64,000 bases of DNA from an uncultured Verrucomicrobiae bacterium (GTDB lineage Bacteria > Verrucomicrobiota > Verrucomicrobiia > Limisphaerales > JAFGQR01). Below are positions 58,288 through 64,000 of the stretch, in pieces. Each line of letters opens with the position of its first letter. Position 1 is the first letter of the stretch. Location of the stretch: assembly GCA_963788655.1 (NCBI GenBank), contig CAWBHS010000060.1, forward strand, positions 224,001 through 288,000, in the 5' to 3' direction. The notes beneath the pieces are model-generated. The model was not told the origin of the DNA. It worked only from the letters and a program-made list of their open reading frames with translations, and did not search any database. The position numbers and the translations under genes were made by a program.

Positions 58288-60105
58288 TCAATTCATATTG
58301 TCCAAGACGGGCACCAGCATGTTGCGCTGGAACTCCTGGCGATCCAGGAACGGCCACAAGTCCTCGATCGGGGTGGAAACCATTCGACCATCCGGCAATG
58401 CCCGGGACGCCAAGCGCGGGGCGGTTTGATGCTGCGGCGAAATGTTCACCAGGCACAAGGCGGGTCCGGGCGCTTCCAACACCCGCCGCAACGTCGCCGG
58501 CGCATCGGTGGTGGACTCGATTTCCGTGGCGGGGATTTGAAAGGCCTCCGCCACCCGGCGCAGGTCCGGCAAGGTTAGCCCGCTGGTGGGATCACACGCC
58601 ACGAACCGGCTGTCGAAATGCGTCTTCTGTGTCTGCCGGATGGAGCCGTAACCGTCGTTGTCGAGCACAAAGAATTTGATGGGCAAGTTCAGCCGTCGCA
58701 CAACTTCCAGTTCCTGGATGTTCATCACAAACCCGCCGTCGCCGTCCACGCAGACGGTGCGGCGCCGGTCACTGGCCAGGCACGCCCCGATGGCCGCGGG
58801 GATGCCGAAGCCCATCGGCCCCAGGCCCTCCGAATTAAAAATGCGCTGGCCGCTCTTGACGCGGAAGGCCTGCATCGTGATTTCGCTGCACGCGCCCGAA
58901 CTGCCGGGGACAAGCAGGTCGCCGGCGTCCATGTGCGTGGACAAGAGGTTAATGAAGGCGTAGTTGCTGAGGCCCTGCTCCATCGTCCAGTATTCCGGCA
59001 GCACCACCGGGTAACATTGCTGCCAGTCCTTGCACCGCTCAAGCCAGGAACCAAAGCCGGCGGAGACGCCGCGTTGTTCCCAGGCCCGCTGCAACGCGTC
59101 GAGAAACGGCTGCGCCCGGCTGGCCAACGGCACCTCCACGTCCAGGTTCAACTTGGCAATCTCGCCTGGATCCACGTCCACGATGACCTTGCGGGCCGCA
59201 CGGCAGAACTGGCGATGGTCATAGCCAATCTGGCCGTAGTCCAACCGCGCACCGACGGCAATCAACAGGTCGGCGTTTTGCAGGGCGAAATTGGCGCCGC
59301 GCTGGCCGACGGCACCAGGACGGCCGACGTAGAGCGGGTGTTCCTCGGGCAGGAAATCAATAGCCTTCCAGCTCAATAGCACCGGCACCGGCAACGTTTC
59401 GAGCAAGGCGGTCAAACTGGCTTGCGCGCGGTCAAGACGGACGCCGTTGCCGAGGAGCAACACCGGCCGCTGTGCTTCGGCCAGCAAGGCCACGGTGCGT
59501 TCAACGGCGTGCGCGAGGGCGGCAGCGCCCGGGGCCCCCGCTGCCAATGGCGGTTCAAATCCCGGCAACGCCTCCGCGGCGATGTCAGCGGCCTGCACAT
59601 CCAACGGAATGTCCAGCCAGACCGGTCCCGGCCGGCCGTGGCGGGCCAGATACAATGCCTGATCGAGATGATACCGGATGGTGGCGGGATCGGTGACGGT
59701 CACGGCGTATTTCGTGATCGGTTCGACCAAGCGCACGATGTCAATTTCCTGGAAGCCCAATTGGCGGATGGGTCGGTCGCCTTTCAGGTCGGCGCGTTTG
59801 ACCTGGCCGGACAGAAACAGGCAGGGCGTGGAATCCAACCACGCCGCCGCCACGCCGGTCAGCGTATTGGTGCCGCCGGGGCCGGTGGTGACGAGGGCGA
59901 CCCCGAGGTGATTAGTATATTGGCCATAGGCATCGGCCGCGATGGCGGAACCTTGTTCGTGCAGGTTGCAAATGAACTCGAGCCCCGCCGCCCGGCCCAG
60001 CGAATCACACAAGTGCATGCACCCGCCGCCGGGCAGCATGAAGACATGCCGGACGCCGGTCGCGGCGAGGCGTTGGAAGACGTAGTCAGACAGTTTCATG
60101 GGCAT
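58288..60105 (-). CDS. Thiamine pyrophosphate-dependent enzyme (acetolactate synthase-like, glycan-cluster type)
   Basis: HEQGSAIAADAY, TTGPGGTN, GRPGPVWLDIPLD, MGFGIPAAIGA and the TPP motif GDGG...N. Confidence 0.9.
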   Translation of the reverse strand: MPMKLSDYVFQRLAATGVRHVFMLPGGGCMHLCDSLGRAAGLEFICNLHEQGSAIAADAYGQYTNHLGVALVTTGPGGTNTLTGVAAAWLDSTPCLFLSGQVKRADLKGDRPIRQLGFQEIDIVRLVEPITKYAVTVTDPATIRYHLDQALYLARHGRPGPVWLDIPLDVQAADIAAEALPGFEPPLAAGAPGAAALAHAVERTVALLAEAQRPVLLLGNGVRLDRAQASLTALLETLPVPVLLSWKAIDFLPEEHPLYVGRPGAVGQRGANFALQNADLLIAVGARLDYGQIGYDHRQFCRAARKVIVDVDPGEIAKLNLDVEVPLASRAQPFLDALQRAWEQRGVSAGFGSWLERCKDWQQCYPVVLPEYWTMEQGLSNYAFINLLSTHMDAGDLLVPGSSGACSEITMQAFRVKSGQRIFNSEGLGPMGFGIPAAIGACLASDRRRTVCVDGDGGFVMNIQELEVVRRLNLPIKFFVLDNDGYGSIRQTQKTHFDSRFVACDPTSGLTLPDLRRVAEAFQIPATEIESTTDAPATLRRVLEAPGPALCLVNISPQHQTAPRLASRALPDGRMVSTPIEDLWPFLDRQEFQRNMLVPVLDNMN

Positions 60106-62201
60106 TAAAAATTGGTTCCACTCTCATAAAGGGCGACGACTTCGACGCCTTGACGGCTAAAGGCCGCACTGAACAGTTCACACGTTTCACGCGGGTTCCG
60201 GACTGCGGCAACGAGGAGGACTTGCGGTGGATTCTTGACAATGGCGTCGAACGTGAGAACGGGGTAACCCAATTCGAGGTCGCCGGTTTCCACGGGATCC
60301 AACGGCAACAATCCAGCGATCTTGGCCTGGTCGAGATTCGTGCCGCGGAAGAGGTCTTTTGCTTCGGCGAGCTCCCCGGCAATCGCCACGGACGCGCCCC
60401 GCGCCCGCCAGTCCGCCACCAGGGCTGCAATCCGATGCGTCAGGTAGTACGGGTGATGCAGCAGGGAATAATTCCCATCGTAGATCACCACCGGATCCAG
60501 TCGCTTCCGGGGTTCGTCCACCAGGAAGATTTGCATCAGCCCGAAGCGGATGTCGTCCAGTTCCGGGGCCGCCGGAATCAGGTAATGGCGGTCCAGCAGG
60601 ACAATTTCCTTGTGCCCCGGCAGCAGCCCCCGGTGGCCCACCCAAGTTTGCTGGTTGAGAAAGGCGCGCATCTGATCCCCATGTGCTTCCTGAAACTGGT
60701 AGTTCCGGGCCACCTGGAAACTCGCCGGTTCCTGGCGCCACTGGCTCAACGGAGGCATGTCGAAGCGGCGGTTGCAAGACCGGCACACCCACTTCAGTCC
60801 GCCATACATCGGCTGGTCCGCGTAGTGGATGACCTCCTGGCAATGCGGACATTGCACCTGGACGTCAAAAAGCTGGGCCGACTTGCCATTGCCCTTGTCC
60901 ACCAACTGGCCCGGGCGGCAGTCGAGCGTTTTGGCGGGAACGTGATTGTAAGTCGTGGCCAGCAAATACATGAGCAGCATCGCCTGCAACGCATCGCTGT
61001 CCGGCATGCGCGTGCTGTTAAACGCCCGACACCCTTGGGTGATGTAGCGCGCCCGGTCGGGGATCGTCCCGTTCTCCACGGCGCGCTGATAGAGGGCCGT
61101 GCCGGGATACACTTCGATCGGCCACAGGCCAATCCCGACCTGCCGCTGTTTCAACCACAGGCTGAGGGTTTCAATGACCGTGTCTTTCGTCTCGGCCGTA
61201 TCCCCAAAAATGTAGGCGCCTTGCACTTGAACCCGCGACGCATACGTCAGATCCACCGCGCGGAGGATCTCCTCCACCCGCGTGTGCTTGCGCATGCTCT
61301 TGAGCACCTCCTGGCTGCCGGATTCCAACCCGTAGCTGACCAGCACACACCCAGCCTCGCGCATGGTCGCAAGCAGGTCGGGATTCACGTCGCCCACCCG
61401 CATTTGAACATCCCATTTGACGTGGAAGGGCCGGATGCGTTCGCAGAACTCCAGCACCCGTTGCGGCTTGCAGGAAAACAGCTCGTCAATGATGCGATAG
61501 TGGAACGGCGCGTACTTTTGGTAACTGGTCTCAATTTCCCGAAACAGATCGTCCAACTCGCGCTGCCGGTACACATCGCCAATGGGGTGATAACAGAACG
61601 TGCATTTGTACGGACAGGACCGGCTGGCCACGAGGTTGTAAATCCGGGAACGGGACTGGTAATAATTCTGCAGCAGGTTCTCGTCGGGATACGCCAATTG
61701 ACTCAAGTCCTTGATGGGGCCGCGGGGAGCCGTCTGGGCCAACCGACCGTCGGGGGCGCTGAAAATGATTCCGTTGACGCTGCTGTAATTGCGGGTGGTG
61801 GTGAGTTCCCGGGCCAATTCCACCATGGTGACTTCCCCCTCCCCGATCACCCCGAAATTGACTCCGAGCAAATCCAGCATCAATTCCGGTTCGCTGCTCA
61901 TCACGCCGCCGCCCACCACGGTGACGATCCGCGACTTCACCTGCCGGGCGCCCGCCACCACGGCCTTGACCTTGTCGTAGTGGGCGGAAATGCCGCCGGT
62001 GGCTACCACGTCAATGGATTGTTCCCGGATCACCGTGGCCATCACTTCCGCCGGTGACGCGGCAAAGCGATTCAAATCCAGGCCCTGGACTGAAAATCCA
62101 TGCTGCCTTAGCGCGGCGGCAATGTAAGCGACGCCCACCGGAAAAATGTAATCCTGGTCAGGGCTGGTGGTGAACTTGGGGATGACGACAAGAAAGTTCA
62201 T
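60105..62201 (-). CDS. Cobalamin-binding radical SAM protein (class B methyltransferase-like)
   Basis: B12-binding domain FPVGVAYIAAAL, CPYKCTFC, GLESGSQEVL and IFGDTAET, plus C-terminal CPHC..CRSC and a Rossmann-like domain. Confidence 0.9.
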   Translation of the reverse strand: MNFLVVIPKFTTSPDQDYIFPVGVAYIAAALRQHGFSVQGLDLNRFAASPAEVMATVIREQSIDVVATGGISAHYDKVKAVVAGARQVKSRIVTVVGGGVMSSEPELMLDLLGVNFGVIGEGEVTMVELARELTTTRNYSSVNGIIFSAPDGRLAQTAPRGPIKDLSQLAYPDENLLQNYYQSRSRIYNLVASRSCPYKCTFCYHPIGDVYRQRELDDLFREIETSYQKYAPFHYRIIDELFSCKPQRVLEFCERIRPFHVKWDVQMRVGDVNPDLLATMREAGCVLVSYGLESGSQEVLKSMRKHTRVEEILRAVDLTYASRVQVQGAYIFGDTAETKDTVIETLSLWLKQRQVGIGLWPIEVYPGTALYQRAVENGTIPDRARYITQGCRAFNSTRMPDSDALQAMLLMYLLATTYNHVPAKTLDCRPGQLVDKGNGKSAQLFDVQVQCPHCQEVIHYADQPMYGGLKWVCRSCNRRFDMPPLSQWRQEPASFQVARNYQFQEAHGDQMRAFLNQQTWVGHRGLLPGHKEIVLLDRHYLIPAAPELDDIRFGLMQIFLVDEPRKRLDPVVIYDGNYSLLHHPYYLTHRIAALVADWRARGASVAIAGELAEAKDLFRGTNLDQAKIAGLLPLDPVETGDLELGYPVLTFDAIVKNPPQVLLVAAVRNPRETCELFSAAFSRQGVEVVALYESGTNF

Positions 62202-62770
62202 TGCAGTTGTTCGAGCAAAGTTTCAAGAGGGACCGTCGGATCATTCCAGGGCTGCGGAAAGGCCAGACTGCAAATCCCGGCTTGCGCGGCAGCCCGGATG
62301 TTGTCCAGCGAATCATCAATGAAATAGTCCACCCGGCCCAACCGGCGCAGGCAGTCCGCTTTCGTCACATCATACGTTGGCAGCGGCGCGTCCGCGCGTT
62401 CACTCGGGATGAAGTGGAAATGCCGAATCCACGGACCAAAATGGCGAAACACCCAGGCGGATGCTTGGGGCACCGAATTCAATGGGCGCGCCGTGAGCAC
62501 GTGATGATGAAACGCGGGGCCATGCCGTTTGAACCACTGCGCCACCGTCGGATTGGGCGCCAGGTCCAGGCCCGCCGGGGACAACCGGAACCGGTCCAGT
62601 GAAGTCAAATAGTCGTCGCGGGTGACCGCGAGTTCGGCCAGCGGCGGATTATGCTGTAACGCCGCGTAGGCCACGCTGCACGCGAGATGCTCCGGCAGCC
62701 AGACGTGGTGAAACCATGCCTCAGTTAGGGGATTCAGCACATCATCCAGATCCCATACGATGACTTTCAT
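62198..62770 (-). CDS. HAD-superfamily phosphatase (5'(3')-nucleotidase-like)
   Basis: Motif I WDLDDVL, motif II LTAR, and K...FIDD and QPWN. Start trimmed to ATG 62770. Confidence 0.8.
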   Translation of the reverse strand: MKVIVWDLDDVLNPLTEAWFHHVWLPEHLACSVAYAALQHNPPLAELAVTRDDYLTSLDRFRLSPAGLDLAPNPTVAQWFKRHGPAFHHHVLTARPLNSVPQASAWVFRHFGPWIRHFHFIPSERADAPLPTYDVTKADCLRRLGRVDYFIDDSLDNIRAAAQAGICSLAFPQPWNDPTVPLETLLEQLQ

Positions 62771-62829
62771 GAGGGGCAATGGGGCCCGATTGGACCGTGC
62801 GAAAGGCGCGCACCCGGCGGCGAGAGAAA

Positions 62830-62905
62830 CGTCCTCGTCTTTCGTCCTCGTCGCTCGGCCTTGATGCCGAACAAACAAGAAAACGACCGAAGGACGAGAA
62901 CGAAA
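62830..62905. repeat. Short hexamer-based inverted repeat (CGTCCT / GGACGA type)
   Basis: CGTCCTCGTCTTTCGTCCTCGTCG faces GGACGAGAACGA within the intergenic gap. Confidence 0.45.
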
Positions 62906-62938
62906 CAAGGCTTACTGGGCAGTGTTTCCCTCATGGCC

Positions 62939-64000
62939 TCAGTCCATCCAATGCGTGAGCACCGTTTTACGTTGTTGGTTCTGCATGATCTGGGGATCCA
63001 CGTAATAGGAGTCGTTGACAAAGTGCGTGGAGGAAATCTCCTCGAAGATCACGCCGTCGGTGGTGCGGAAGGAATGCCGGGTGCCGCGCGGCACCAGCAC
63101 CTGATCGCCGGCCTGGCAGTGGCGATCCGCTCCGTTCAGACAGAGGGTCATCTCGCCATGCACCACATAAAAAGTTTCTTCTTTCTGCTGATGATAATGC
63201 TCTGGATGCCGCTGGCCCGGCAGCATGGCGATGAGTTTCTTGCAATACTCACGATTGACCACGTTGAGCAACACCGCGCCGCACTCCGGAAACTTGTCCA
63301 TGCCGTAATGATGGGAGATTTCCAGATCGGGGCGCGTTGTGGGCAGGATGATCCGCCCTTTCTTGAGCAGCATCTTCACCTCGCCGAGGGCGTCGGTCAA
63401 CGCGGCGCGACGGTCGGTGATCTCCAGGTCTTGTTCGAGAATCGGAGCCTGGGCGGCAATGGGCGCGGTGATTTTGAAGGTCACGTATTTGGAACATTGG
63501 TTGGCCACCACCTGGCCGGGCACGGCGGGGAACGCCAGGAAATAGTGCTCCGGCCCGAGCATCTGGCCCGCCGGCAGATCCGTCCGGGCAAACGCGCCGC
63601 GTTGCAGGGCGCGCAGTTGCCGCCGCTCCTCCGGGTTCGCCGCGCGGCCGTCGCCGTTCTGGCGGCAGATGGTCCACGCCCGGTGGGCGGCCTGCAGCCA
63701 AAGACGCAACTCCGCCGGGGTGACGCTGTAGGCGTTGCGAGGGTAACGCTCCGTGGCCACCGCCACGTGGCGTTCGAACACGGAGGCGCCGCGCGACATG
63801 GCCAGAACGACGCCATACGTTTCTTCGGGCGGCTCGTGGCTGGAGAAACCCACGCGCAGGTGTGGGTAGCGCCTGCGCAGAAGATCCAGGCGCGACAAGG
63901 CCAGACGCTCGGGCGGCACCGGGTATTCTGCCACGCAATGCAACACCGCCAGCGATTTCTGGCGGTGATGGAAGAAGCTCACCACCGCATCAATTTCCTC
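62939..64000 (-). CDS. N-acetylneuraminate synthase (NeuB/SpsE) family protein with SAF and C-terminal cupin domains, 5' part outside the window
   Basis: LHCVAEYP, GFSSHE and FERHV, SAF-like RGAFARTDLPAG, and cupin HPEHYHQQKEETF...HSF..GVIFEEIS. The reading frame is open to the window edge. Confidence 0.88.
   Translation of the reverse strand, partial: EEIDAVVSFFHHRQKSLAVLHCVAEYPVPPERLALSRLDLLRRRYPHLRVGFSSHEPPEETYGVVLAMSRGASVFERHVAVATERYPRNAYSVTPAELRLWLQAAHRAWTICRQNGDGRAANPEERRQLRALQRGAFARTDLPAGQMLGPEHYFLAFPAVPGQVVANQCSKYVTFKITAPIAAQAPILEQDLEITDRRAALTDALGEVKMLLKKGRIILPTTRPDLEISHHYGMDKFPECGAVLLNVVNREYCKKLIAMLPGQRHPEHYHQQKEETFYVVHGEMTLCLNGADRHCQAGDQVLVPRGTRHSFRTTDGVIFEEISSTHFVNDSYYVDPQIMQNQQRKTVLTHWMD

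Noticed and set aside
58288..60105. Housekeeping acetolactate synthase ilvB
   Set aside because: No small subunit or ilvC lies nearby and it is embedded in a glycan-modification operon, so the symbol is withheld.

Overview
GC-rich bacterial chromosomal window. Gene content and intergenic repeat style suggest Verrucomicrobiota or another PVC lineage; this is inference, not a database result. I see no rRNA, tRNA, CRISPR array, transposase or integrase. From left to right it holds: a Tat-exported NIPSNAP protein; a minus-strand ppk2-ackA-hydroxyacid dehydrogenase-Nudix run; opgGH; an orphan membrane protein; a di-heme HZS-alpha-like protein and an unknown secreted enzyme; putA; a 1903-aa Ig-rich surface protein; a YncE/phosphoesterase gene; a VWA/DUF4175-like/coiled-coil/prenyltransferase-fold cluster; an L,D-transpeptidase; a nucleotidyltransferase-GHMP kinase fusion; two receiver-HDOD paralogues; an ECF sigma/anti-sigma/serine hydrolase trio; and the 3' part of a glycan cluster (NeuB-cupin, HAD, B12 radical SAM, TPP enzyme, two methyltransferases, and a ~2300-aa protein with five glycosyltransferase domains). 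Four genes carry frameshifts that look like sequencing errors. The strongest candidates for novelty are (1) the pyrophosphorylase-kinase fusion with a galacturonokinase-like signature, (2) the A-B-A-B-TPR-GT2-TPR glycosyltransferase and its modified-sugar pathway, and (3) several REP/REPIN-like elements, one with variable cargo and one read in-frame inside a gene. All family assignments come from motif recognition by eye, not from searches.
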